Sequence record: LR756511.1
DNA length: 64,000 nucleotides
Strand: one strand, 5' to 3'
This document shows positions 45,486 through 54,199 of this stretch, one piece after another. Under the pieces are notes generated by a model. That model worked only from the letters and a program-made list of their open reading frames with translations. It ran no database searches and was not told the origin of the DNA. The translations under genes and the position numbers were made by a program. The number at the start of each line of letters is the position of its first letter. Positions within the stretch are counted from its first letter, which is position 1.

Positions 45486-45649
45486 ATCTCCTGATTTTCC
45501 TTCTTCTAGTAAATGACGCCTCTGCATTATATAGAGTGTCAGTTACAGAATTTTGAAAGAAAATTCCGAAAATATTTTGACCGAGGAAAAGATGTGTGGA
45601 GAGGGAGAAATAGGGCTTGAAATGCCTAATGCGGGAGTTGTATAGTCAG

Positions 45650-45679
45650 AAAAAGAAAAACCGTCCAAGAAGGACGGTT
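45650..45679 (-). terminator. Terminator just inside the element boundary
   Basis: AACCGTCC-TTCTT-GGACGGTT followed by U tract. Confidence 0.75.
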
Positions 45680-45800
45680 AATTAGAGAAATTAGGATTGC
45701 CGCTGTCGAACACGGTTTGAGTTCTGTAATCGACTAGCTCAGGGCATTGTGTGCAATTACAGATTTTTTGTTTTAGGGTATCAAGTAATTCTAATTTCAT
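45678..45800 (-). pseudogene. Orphaned 5' fragment of the UDG gene, 40 aa (not in ORF track)
   Basis: MKLELLDTLKQKICNCTQCPELVDYRTQTVFDSGNPN aligns with the UDG N-terminus MTKLEML..KVCKCTKCPELV.SRTQIVF...GNPN. Confidence 0.85.
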
Positions 45801-46003
45801 AATTCATCTGGCTCATCTGGCTTCCAACCTTTCGGCTTCCAGTAATTTACTGGATCATCAGCGTCAAAAGTAGTTTCATCCTTTTTGAGCTTGGTTCCTA
45901 ATATTCTAATCATTTTATAAGCTAAAATATTGGTAAATATTAAGCAGAATCCGACGCCAATGAAGAATCCTGCAATCATGCCCATGATAAAGTCTTGAGT
46001 CAT
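45797..46003 (-). CDS. Small membrane protein
   Basis: One TM helix; ATGA coupled to the UDG fragment. Confidence 0.6.
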   Translation of the reverse strand: MTQDFIMGMIAGFFIGVGFCLIFTNILAYKMIRILGTKLKKDETTFDADDPVNYWKPKGWKPDEPDEL

Positions 46004-46011
46004 GGCCTTAT

Positions 46012-46821
46012 CTAGCTCGCAAGTAATGGTTCTTCGCCAAAAAACAACACTCGGTCACGGTTCACGACCGTCTTGAGCGGCGGCATATCATATCTAACAA
46101 ATTCGTTTCTTTCAATAGGAGCATCTGATGCCACCTTTCTCCACTTCTCAGGGATTTTACTCAAATCAGGAACACGCCGAACTTTCTTCCTAATAATAAA
46201 AGTTCCGCGTTTGAAGAAGGCAGGATAATCATTCCAATTAATGCCCTTTTCAGAAAAGAGCATTTCTTGAATCTGTGACCCTTTTTTCTTGTGCAATTGA
46301 TTGTGCGAGAAATATGCCTGCCCCGCCATCTGTACACTGTTGCGAGATGCGTCCATCTCTCTCCATAAGAACATATTAGTCGCTTCGCCTATATTGGGTA
46401 GATTAAATACCCTGCAATCAAAACACGCTTCCATTTTGCTTTTTTCAGGAATGTGCTGTGGTAATAGCCGATTGAACTTAACGGATAGCTTAGCGGCTAG
46501 GTGAGAATTGAATTTTTGCACTCGGCCATTGCAGAACATTTCGCTTTCGTAGTCTTCCAGGTTCCATCCCAAACTGATTTCATCGCTTTGTGTGTATGCG
46601 CAATTGGCATTGAATTCAAATGCCATATGCTCGGCAAGAATGACCATTAGATCAGATAATCTTTTGTCGTAAGGTCTTTGCAAATTTTTACAAAAGCTGT
46701 GAAAGCAAATTCCGTCCATACGAGCATAGACGGGCAGCATCGGCATAAGCCGCCGTGAAGTTTCGAAACTCTCGTAGAGCTTCATTCGGTCGCCAAAGCT
46801 ATCTTTTTTCATGACGATCAT
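46012..46821 (-). CDS. tRNA(His) guanylyltransferase Thg1-like protein
   Basis: FGDRMK.YE, RMDG..FH.F, RPYD, YTQSDEIS, FDCR, WRE.DA.RNS; start 46821 or 46812. Confidence 0.9.
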   Translation of the reverse strand: MIVMKKDSFGDRMKLYESFETSRRLMPMLPVYARMDGICFHSFCKNLQRPYDKRLSDLMVILAEHMAFEFNANCAYTQSDEISLGWNLEDYESEMFCNGRVQKFNSHLAAKLSVKFNRLLPQHIPEKSKMEACFDCRVFNLPNIGEATNMFLWREMDASRNSVQMAGQAYFSHNQLHKKKGSQIQEMLFSEKGINWNDYPAFFKRGTFIIRKKVRRVPDLSKIPEKWRKVASDAPIERNEFVRYDMPPLKTVVNRDRVLFFGEEPLLAS

Positions 46822-46925
46822 TTTCACTTTGTTGTTTAAAAATTGCAAGTCCAAATCCAAAAAAATGTTGCACTTATTAGTAATCTTTACTATCATTAAT
46901 TTAAATCGTTACAGTAGGTGATATA

Positions 46926-47681
46926 GTGATTAGAAAAATATTGGGTCTAGTTTTATTATTAGGGTTTACACTTCCATCTCTTTCTCAAGCAACTCCACCC
47001 GCTACTCCTTCAGCCATACCTGTAGGCGCAACTGAGGCTATGAGTGCCGCAAATTCTAATTCCACCGATGGATTAGAGCTTCCTGCGGATCAAACCGTGA
47101 AGTTTGACGAAGGTTTTGTAACCATTCAAGCCAAGTGTAATGGTGATGTTAAATGGTTGGTGGTTAGTGGCGTGAAGATAAAATATTTCACGTTGCCGTC
47201 GAATAATACTATAATAGTTTCAGTGCCGCCACAAGGCGGCTTAATTACGGTGTTTGCGGTTGGCTTGGTAAATGGCAAGATGACAGATTTTGCTAGGACA
47301 AGCATTACTGTCCAGCCAAATACCATACCTGGGCCTGGGCCAAATCCCAATCCTAATCCAAATCCGCCTGTAGCTGGAGCGCGACACGTTACATTTGTTG
47401 TAGATTTAAACAACATGACTCCCGCACTAGCTCAAATATTAAATTCTCAAAAGGTTAGAGAAACGGCTACAACCAGAAACGCAGTATATCGACTATATGA
47501 TCCAACTGACCCGCTGTTGAAACAGAAGGGTTTGGATAAAGTAGTATCGCAAAGTGGTGGTGCCCCATTAATCATTGTTCAAAATAGCGATGGTAGTGTG
47601 GTAGGCGGTGCGGGCAAGAAGATGCCAGCTACCGAAGCAGAAGTAATACAATATTTATCGCAGGTTCTCGGAGGTAATTGA
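46926..47681 (+). CDS. Exported protein with Pro-Asn linker
   Basis: Signal peptide; PGPGPNPNPNPNPP. Confidence 0.75.
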   Translation: MIRKILGLVLLLGFTLPSLSQATPPATPSAIPVGATEAMSAANSNSTDGLELPADQTVKFDEGFVTIQAKCNGDVKWLVVSGVKIKYFTLPSNNTIIVSVPPQGGLITVFAVGLVNGKMTDFARTSITVQPNTIPGPGPNPNPNPNPPVAGARHVTFVVDLNNMTPALAQILNSQKVRETATTRNAVYRLYDPTDPLLKQKGLDKVVSQSGGAPLIIVQNSDGSVVGGAGKKMPATEAEVIQYLSQVLGGN

Positions 47682-48517
47682 TGTATGCAATAGGAAAGTC
47701 GTCTATAAGCGATTTACCATCTGTTAAGTTTAACGGGATTTATTATGTTCTAGCATGTTTGAGAGAAACTGAAGAATCCACGAAGGATTTCCCGTTATTC
47801 GGTTCTAATTTCGCCGCTGCACCGCTTGATCCGTCGCAATGGCAAGAAATTGATCTTGAGTGGTATAACAATCCGATTTGGGATCAAGGCATGACAAGTT
47901 CCTGCGTGGGCCACGGCACCACGGCTGGAATGCAAATGTGTTACATGCAATCAGGCAGAAAGCTTGTCGAATTCAATCCATTCTTTGTTTACGGATTGAT
48001 TAATGGTGGGCGTGATGCTGGAGCAATGATTTCCGATGCCTTACGAGCATTAATGAGTAGTGGAACTTGCCCGCATGACGATTTACAACCTGGAATGATG
48101 TTCCAGAATCAATTCCCTCAGAAAGCTTTTACGGATGCGGCACGGTTTAAGTTAGCCCAAGCTTACAAGTGTGCCACATTTGAAGAAATATGCTCTGCCA
48201 TCACGCTCGGTTTTGTTTGTCCGTTGGGTATTTATGTCGATCAGGGTTTCATGAACGTAGGTAGTGATGGTGTGGCACCAACGCCTACAGGTCAGGGCGG
48301 CGGCGGGCACTGTATTCTTGGTATGGGATTGAAGAAGTCCTCGCGTTATGGATGGATGATTAAGATTCAAAATAGTTGGGGCGCACGATTTGGGATAAAT
48401 GGTCATGCTTATATTCACAAGGGGCATTTCCAAATGATGCAGCCAGATGCATTTGCTATACAATCAATTATAGATGATCCGCAGACTAACAATGATGAAC
48501 CGCCTGCGGTAAACTAA
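47678..48517 (+). CDS. Papain-family (C1) cysteine peptidase
   Basis: DQG..SSCVGHG, GGHCI...G, QNSWG. Confidence 0.88.
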   Translation: MMYAIGKSSISDLPSVKFNGIYYVLACLRETEESTKDFPLFGSNFAAAPLDPSQWQEIDLEWYNNPIWDQGMTSSCVGHGTTAGMQMCYMQSGRKLVEFNPFFVYGLINGGRDAGAMISDALRALMSSGTCPHDDLQPGMMFQNQFPQKAFTDAARFKLAQAYKCATFEEICSAITLGFVCPLGIYVDQGFMNVGSDGVAPTPTGQGGGGHCILGMGLKKSSRYGWMIKIQNSWGARFGINGHAYIHKGHFQMMQPDAFAIQSIIDDPQTNNDEPPAVN

Positions 48518-48525
48518 GGAGAAAT

Positions 48526-48975
48526 ATGAATATAGATACAATGAAAATGAGTGCCACTAACTTTGGCTTTGATCCAGCTTGGATAGCTCAAGTTTTGGCG
48601 AAGTATGGTCCCGATGTTCTTTCTATCGTTCTTGAGGCTGCTAGAAACGGATTAAGCGTAGGTTTAATCATGGAAGTATTACAGAAGTTCGGCCCACATG
48701 CACTCGATCTTCTTATTTCGATTCTAAACCACAAGAACTTAAAGCGAATTGGCGCGGACATTGTTGACGGTCCAGTTGTGACAGGCGACAACGTTCTTAC
48801 GCCTGCTGATTCGACATTTATTGATATAATTATTCAAAAGTATTTGCCAATCTTAATTCAGCAATATTTGCCGATAATTATTCAAAAATATGGTCCGCAA
48901 TTATTACAGTTGGCGGTGGATGCAATTATACAATACTTGCAGAGCTTGCAACCACAGCCACAACAGCCTAAGTGA
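48526..48975 (+). CDS. Helical hypothetical protein
   Basis: AAGGAG RBS; repeated KYGP/KYLP helices. Confidence 0.7.
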   Translation: MNIDTMKMSATNFGFDPAWIAQVLAKYGPDVLSIVLEAARNGLSVGLIMEVLQKFGPHALDLLISILNHKNLKRIGADIVDGPVVTGDNVLTPADSTFIDIIIQKYLPILIQQYLPIIIQKYGPQLLQLAVDAIIQYLQSLQPQPQQPK

Positions 48976-48983
48976 TATGATCT

Positions 48984-50819
48984 ATGAAAATAATTAGTGT
49001 CATTATGAGTTTTGTTGCGGTTATTTCTGCAAGCGTTGTTCTAATGGCTGCGGTATATCACAACAAAACTCATATTACGTCTTCTATCATCAAAACCGTT
49101 GAAAAAAAGGAAACGGAAAATAAGCCTACACAAGTGGCTAAGATTCCTGATCCGCACGAAAGCCATATTGTTGATACAAGACTGCCCGATGTTCCACCGC
49201 CAGCGGTTCCCGTAGCTCCAGAACCTCCACCAGCGGTTCCAGAATTACCACCACCGCCAATACCCCCACAACCAGTGGATATAGCTAAACCAGAAAAGCT
49301 ATATGAAGCAAATAGTTCGGTCGCATGGGCGGTTGGTGATTTGCTTACGGTTCCATCGCAAGACAGAAAGTATATCCGATATATTTCACTATACAATGTT
49401 CCTAAAGATCGAAGAAGGGAATATGCGGCTGTTCTTTCGTTTGTGGTTAATTCTTTAAGCACAAGAAAGAAAATGTATATTCCTGAATTCGTAGGAGCCT
49501 CAGACGAAACAGTTATTCGCCTGGATATGCGCAATTATGAATGGAATCCCGAAGCATGGGAGAAACTAGGCTTAAAGGGAAGTGGCGTAAGACCAGCACC
49601 AGAGCCATATTTTCATTATGTTTTAGATAAACCAGTACTAGAAAAGGTCAAGCGAAAGACCACTAAGAAGGTTCCGTACCTAGATCAATTTGGACGCCAA
49701 TACCGAGATAACCAAAATAAGCCAATGTTCCGTGATGAGGAAGTTGAGGTTGAGGAGACTGTTTCGAATAAGAGGCAGCTTTGCACAGAGAAAGCCCCTT
49801 GGCTTGAAAAACTAGGAAATGATTCTCTTTACACAATGACCTGTTCGCAATTTCCAATCTTTAGAGCCGACTGGTTTATCTCTAACGTAATTGTTCCACC
49901 AGCGTATTATGACTTCTTAAATCTTGGCAATAAGTCTGCCGACTTCGATAAATTGATTTTTGCGGATGAAGCTTTGGCTAAGAAAGCACGTTCACAGGAC
50001 AAGGCTGTTGTTGTGGCATCTATTGTGGCTAGGAACAATAGAACTTTAAATCGAAGCCCAACCTTTACAGGTGGTTATATTTGGAAAAGCCATGACTCTT
50101 TAACCAGCGTTAATGACCGCGATTACGTGAAGTTTGTGCTAGATGAGAAGTTCGATGCTACTGAAGATATTGGTAGCTTGCCTAATGGCTTACAAGCGTA
50201 TTTTCTAACGGATGGCAAAGGTAATCGTTTAGATTTCGCTAATCCCGATATTGCTATTGACCATTCTGCCGCTGACAAGCTTGTTCGAACAGGTCGAAGT
50301 TGTATTGTCTGTCATTCGGATGGAATCCGACCAATTGCCGATGAAGTACGATCATTAACGAAAAAACTACAGAACCCAAAACAAGTTCAACTTCTTATTA
50401 CTAGAAAAGAGGATGCATACCGTATTGAAGACTTATTTAGCTCAGATTTAGATGAGCAAATTGTTAAAGATCAGAACTATTATAGAGCAGCAGTTTCTAG
50501 AGCCTGCGGCTTACAATCGGAAGTTGTTTCTAAGTTGTTAAATGAAATTTACAATCAGTATGTTGAACATTTAATGACAATTGAAGACGTTTCCAGAGAA
50601 GTAGGCGTAGATGTAGTTACTCTGGAATCATACGTGAAGGCTAGCAAAGATAATGTGGTTCTAGGATTGTTAAAGACTCCTACAAGACCTATTCGACGTG
50701 ACCAGTGGGAGTTTTCATTCAGTAGATTTACAATCTTGGTTCATGCTAGGAGGCAGGGACTCGATCACGCTGATCCCTACCCGCCTGGGCCACTGATTCC
50801 AGTGCCAGAGCATGAATAA
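48984..50819 (+). CDS. Membrane-anchored CxxCH (heme c-binding motif) protein
   Basis: N-terminal TM, Pro-rich linker, RADWF, SLPNGLQAY, SCIVCH. Confidence 0.75.
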   Translation: MKIISVIMSFVAVISASVVLMAAVYHNKTHITSSIIKTVEKKETENKPTQVAKIPDPHESHIVDTRLPDVPPPAVPVAPEPPPAVPELPPPPIPPQPVDIAKPEKLYEANSSVAWAVGDLLTVPSQDRKYIRYISLYNVPKDRRREYAAVLSFVVNSLSTRKKMYIPEFVGASDETVIRLDMRNYEWNPEAWEKLGLKGSGVRPAPEPYFHYVLDKPVLEKVKRKTTKKVPYLDQFGRQYRDNQNKPMFRDEEVEVEETVSNKRQLCTEKAPWLEKLGNDSLYTMTCSQFPIFRADWFISNVIVPPAYYDFLNLGNKSADFDKLIFADEALAKKARSQDKAVVVASIVARNNRTLNRSPTFTGGYIWKSHDSLTSVNDRDYVKFVLDEKFDATEDIGSLPNGLQAYFLTDGKGNRLDFANPDIAIDHSAADKLVRTGRSCIVCHSDGIRPIADEVRSLTKKLQNPKQVQLLITRKEDAYRIEDLFSSDLDEQIVKDQNYYRAAVSRACGLQSEVVSKLLNEIYNQYVEHLMTIEDVSREVGVDVVTLESYVKASKDNVVLGLLKTPTRPIRRDQWEFSFSRFTILVHARRQGLDHADPYPPGPLIPVPEHE

Positions 50820-50828
50820 AGGAGAAAT

Positions 50829-51560
50829 ATGAATAAATGTATAGCAATAGCAATTATATTACTCGGACTAACGACAACGGCTGATGCAGGAATATTTAGA
50901 CGGAACATTGGATGCGGTGGAACATGCTCAACTTGTTACACGCCATGTGTTCAGGAAGTGGTGGTGCCAGTTTTAGCATATCCATTGCTAGTTCCCGCCT
51001 ATCAGTTTCAATATGTGCCGCCAGCAGTAGCACCTGTTGCAGCTGTTGTCCCTGTGACTGGTTATCCTGTCGCAACTCCAGTTGTTCAACCTGTAGCTCC
51101 CGTTAGCTATGGCCAACCAAATATGGTATATGGGCAACAACCACAACAGAACTTTAGCTTGAACAATAAGGACAAGATTAAAGAATTAGCGAGGGCTTTA
51201 TTGGAAGAAATGAATCGTGCTGCGGATGGTACAGCGGGCGATAATGGACCGCCAGCGGTTCCAGGCACTCAGCCATTTTCTACACCAGCCCCGCAACCAT
51301 TCCAGCCCCAGCCCCAATTACAACAATTTGCTTTGTCGGCAATGACTAGAACTTGTGCCCAATGTCATACGGGAATTGGTTCAAAAAGAGATTTTATAAT
51401 CTTTACGCAACCAGGATATTTTAACCAAAATGTAAATTGGAAGAAAGTTAAGGATGAGGTTTCGTCAGGCAGAATGCCGCCAAAAGACGTTCATTTCCAG
51501 CTTACACTACAGGAAAGGCAAACAATCGTTCAATGGCTTACCTCTATAGGTGTAAATTGA
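50829..51560 (+). CDS. Exported c-type cytochrome domain protein
   Basis: Signal peptide; CAQCH, distal ligand RMPP, LT.QER..I..W. Confidence 0.8.
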   Translation: MNKCIAIAIILLGLTTTADAGIFRRNIGCGGTCSTCYTPCVQEVVVPVLAYPLLVPAYQFQYVPPAVAPVAAVVPVTGYPVATPVVQPVAPVSYGQPNMVYGQQPQQNFSLNNKDKIKELARALLEEMNRAADGTAGDNGPPAVPGTQPFSTPAPQPFQPQPQLQQFALSAMTRTCAQCHTGIGSKRDFIIFTQPGYFNQNVNWKKVKDEVSSGRMPPKDVHFQLTLQERQTIVQWLTSIGVN

Positions 51561-51632
51561 TAAAAATTTTACTATATTAGATCGTATATATATGTGACAA
51601 TTCTATTTTAGTATGTATACAAGAGGAGGCTT

Positions 51633-52247
51633 ATGAAAGCTTTGTTAGCGTTAGTTGCAGCAGTAGGTCTATTGTTCGGTTCGGTTGGTGCGGCCAATGC
51701 TTGTAGCGTTGGTGTCGGTTACGGCGTAAGCTATAGTGTGGCTTATCCAGTTGCGGCGGTTCCTGTAGCGTATCCAGTTGCAGCAGCATATCCTGTTGCG
51801 GCTCCTACAGTAGCTCAGCCAGTAACTTATACTCCACCTGTTGCTGATCCCGCACCAGTTGCAGCACCTGTTTATGCAGCCCCTGTATTTGCAGCACCTG
51901 TTTATGCGGCTCCTGTATTTGCAGCACCTGTTTATGCGGCTCCTGTATTTGCAGCCCCATTTGGCTACGGTGTTGGCGTAGGCGTCCATAGCTTCGGATT
52001 CAACAGATTTGTTGGTTTCAATCGCTTTGGAAATGCTGTCGTAGTAAATCGCGGCTTCGGCAATAATGTCGTAGTTCGTAATGGTTTGTTCGGCAGTAAC
52101 GTCGTAGTAAATCGCGGTTTTGCAGGCAATAATGTCGTAGTTCGCAATGGTTTGTTCGGCAGCAATGTCGTAGTGAATCGCGGCTTCGGCAATAGTGTCG
52201 TAGTTCGTAACGGTGCGTTTGGCCGAAACGTAGTTCGTATTCGCTAA
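51633..52247 (+). CDS. Exported low-complexity repeat protein
   Basis: Signal peptide; (AAPVY/F)n and VVVNRGF/VVVRNG repeats; GGAGG RBS. Confidence 0.75.
   Translation: MKALLALVAAVGLLFGSVGAANACSVGVGYGVSYSVAYPVAAVPVAYPVAAAYPVAAPTVAQPVTYTPPVADPAPVAAPVYAAPVFAAPVYAAPVFAAPVYAAPVFAAPFGYGVGVGVHSFGFNRFVGFNRFGNAVVVNRGFGNNVVVRNGLFGSNVVVNRGFAGNNVVVRNGLFGSNVVVNRGFGNSVVVRNGAFGRNVVRIR
51861..51950 (+). repeat. 30-bp coding tandem repeat x3
   Basis: GCAGCACCTGTTTATGCRGCYCCTGTATTT. Confidence 0.8.
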
Positions 52248-52262
52248 GCAATTATAAAAGAT

Positions 52263-52296
52263 AAAAAGCCAGAAGTTACAAACTTCTGGCTTTTTT
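52263..52296. terminator. Bidirectional terminator
   Basis: AAAAAGCCAGAAGT-TACAA-ACTTCTGGCTTTTT. Confidence 0.85.
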
Positions 52297-52322
52297 CTTA
52301 CCCATTTCTAAAAGGAGGCAAA

Positions 52323-52805
52323 TTAACCTAACAATATTTCAACGCCTTCCATCGGGTCTTCTGTAATAAGCTTGTCCGTGGCTGGCTTCTGCTGTGGCTG
52401 ATTTTCAGTCAAAGGCTTTGCTGTCTTATTTTCAGGAGCAACTTGCTCTGTTTGGCCTTGATTAGTAAATCTCTCTGGCTGATCTAGCATCAATTTCTGC
52501 TCTGGCATAATTGTTTCTTTCCTTTCTGGTGAACTAATAACTTCAATCAATCTGATATCTCCTGTTTTCATTAAACAGAAGAAATAACTATCTCCTACAA
52601 ATGTACGACCTGCGGGAACAATGCGAGAATTAGAAGGAGGCGGGAACGCGGCCTTAATCGGTTCTTTTTCTAATGTTAAATCGCCTCTTGTGTTATTTAC
52701 GAATAAATACTCACCTTCGCCCTTCATTGCCTCTTCACGCTTCTTGCGTTTCATTTCTCGCAATGTGTACTTATCTACTTTGCTGGTTTTGTTTTTATAT
52801 TTCAT
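52323..52805 (-). CDS. Hypothetical protein, 160 aa
   Basis: Divergent pair around TATATATATA. Confidence 0.65.
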   Translation of the reverse strand: MKYKNKTSKVDKYTLREMKRKKREEAMKGEGEYLFVNNTRGDLTLEKEPIKAAFPPPSNSRIVPAGRTFVGDSYFFCLMKTGDIRLIEVISSPERKETIMPEQKLMLDQPERFTNQGQTEQVAPENKTAKPLTENQPQQKPATDKLITEDPMEGVEILLG

Positions 52806-52870
52806 AATAGCCTTTACAAATTTAACCTTTATATATATAATAGTTTAGGTAATAATTTTAAAGGTGAAAA

Positions 52871-53215
52871 ATGAAGAAGCTAAAGCCAGATCATCCACAA
52901 CTGCCGCCGTGGACAGAAATGTATCCGCAAGGAACTACCGAAGGTGATGAGGAGTTTGCCTTCTTTGTATCTTTGGCTAGAAACCCCAAGTATGCATGGC
53001 GTTCCACGTCTGGAATTGCTAATGAAACAGGCTTGTCCAAAGAGCGAGTCGAACAGATTGTACAGAAGTATCTCAAGCTCAATATGATATTCCAGCATCC
53101 AAAAAATGATGATAATTGGGGCTATTGGGAGAGAGTGCCTGCCGATATGTTGCCGAAAGAAAAACATAGTCTTGTTTCTCAAGACCATAAAACCCGAATG
53201 AAGAAAGCGCAGTAA
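52871..53215 (+). CDS. Winged-helix-like hypothetical protein
   Basis: WRSTSGIANETGLSKERV..I. Confidence 0.55.
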   Translation: MKKLKPDHPQLPPWTEMYPQGTTEGDEEFAFFVSLARNPKYAWRSTSGIANETGLSKERVEQIVQKYLKLNMIFQHPKNDDNWGYWERVPADMLPKEKHSLVSQDHKTRMKKAQ

Positions 53216-53247
53216 AAAAGGGGTGTGAAATTTCACACCCCTTTTTT
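53214..53247. terminator. Bidirectional terminator
   Basis: AAAAAAGGGGTGTGAA...TTCACACCCCTTTTTT. Confidence 0.85.
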
Positions 53248-53259
53248 AGAGCCTTAACG

Positions 53260-53496
53260 TTAAGGTGCCTCGTCGCTAGGTGCCTTATCTGATACTCCCC
53301 TAATATTTGGTAGGTCAACCGTTGCTGCTGTAGCTGAGTATGGCGCGAAATATGAGCCAGAACCAGCGTCCGCATATTGGCTATAGACGTAGCCCTTTGG
53401 GTATGCGCCGTGAATACCAGTTCGCTTAGTCTTTTCTGTCAAAAAGGTTAAGTCGTATTTCTTTTCTTCAGCCCACTGCATGAATGTCTTTACCAT
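53260..53496 (-). CDS. Putative internal virion protein
   Basis: MVKTFMQWAEE CTS-like; GGAG RBS. Confidence 0.7.
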   Translation of the reverse strand: MVKTFMQWAEEKKYDLTFLTEKTKRTGIHGAYPKGYVYSQYADAGSGSYFAPYSATAATVDLPNIRGVSDKAPSDEAP

Positions 53497-53566
53497 ATTC
53501 ACTCCATTTTGATTGTACAATCTTACTTTATATAGGGTTCCAATGAAATTTTTACAAAAAGTAATA

Positions 53567-53595
53567 TTGAAATTTACTGTCGTATCCGATATTCT
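53567..53595 (+). promoter_or_regulatory. Sigma70 promoter
   Basis: TTGAAA-N17-TATTCT. Confidence 0.55.
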
Positions 53596-53621
53596 GATGA
53601 AAGATAGGAGGTGATGTTTTT

Positions 53622-53855
53622 ATGAAACCAGTAATGAAAGTGAAAGCAAAAGAGCTTTCAGGCGGATTTAGCTATGAGGGTTTGGTAGAACTGCCAAATC
53701 TTTGTCCAACACTACTTAGGAAGGATCGGGGTGGCACCGTTTACGCTACCGTTTCCAATCTAAGACAAGCTGCCCAAGCTGCCGCAAAGAAGTACAAGGC
53801 TGATCTTGTGTTTGTTGAGCCAAATAAGGTCGCCGCAAAGAAATCAAGTAAGTAA
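53622..53855 (+). CDS. Hypothetical basic protein, 77 aa
   Basis: AGGAGG RBS; own promoter and terminator (53877-53911). Confidence 0.7.
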   Translation: MKPVMKVKAKELSGGFSYEGLVELPNLCPTLLRKDRGGTVYATVSNLRQAAQAAAKKYKADLVFVEPNKVAAKKSSK

Positions 53856-53946
53856 ACCATTCAGCTTAGGGGATGGTCCCCGCCAATTAAACTAATTGGC
53901 GGGGATTTTTTATTTATTACTCCATAAATACAACTAAGGAGGCTCT

Positions 53947-54144
53947 ATGTGTGGATGTGGCGGCGGTGGAAGAAGAATGGCGACAGCGCCAAAGCTTCCA
54001 GCAAACCAAAATCAGGCCATTGATGCGGCAAAATTGCATCCTAACGTTGTACAGATGCATAATATACAACGATTGGCTGAGGAGCGCAGAAAAGTGGAAA
54101 GGCTAAGAAGAGAACAATTATTAAAAGCATTAGCTAAACCGTAA
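53947..54144 (+). CDS. Hypothetical protein (MCGCGG...)
   Basis: CATAAATA element and AAGGAGG RBS. Confidence 0.65.
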   Translation: MCGCGGGGRRMATAPKLPANQNQAIDAAKLHPNVVQMHNIQRLAEERRKVERLRREQLLKALAKP

Positions 54145-54199
54145 AAAAATAATTGTCTGAGTATAGATAATAGTAATAACCTGAATGGAGATACAGAAT

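Larger units (their letters stand above)
41318..45701 (-). mobile_element. Serine-recombinase integrative element inserted in the UDG gene
   Basis: 13-bp direct repeat AATTAGGATTGCC at 41318-41330 and 45689-45701, both encoding the UDG GNPN motif; flanks LSR, Dam, MutH-like and an 81-aa ORF. Confidence 0.78.
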
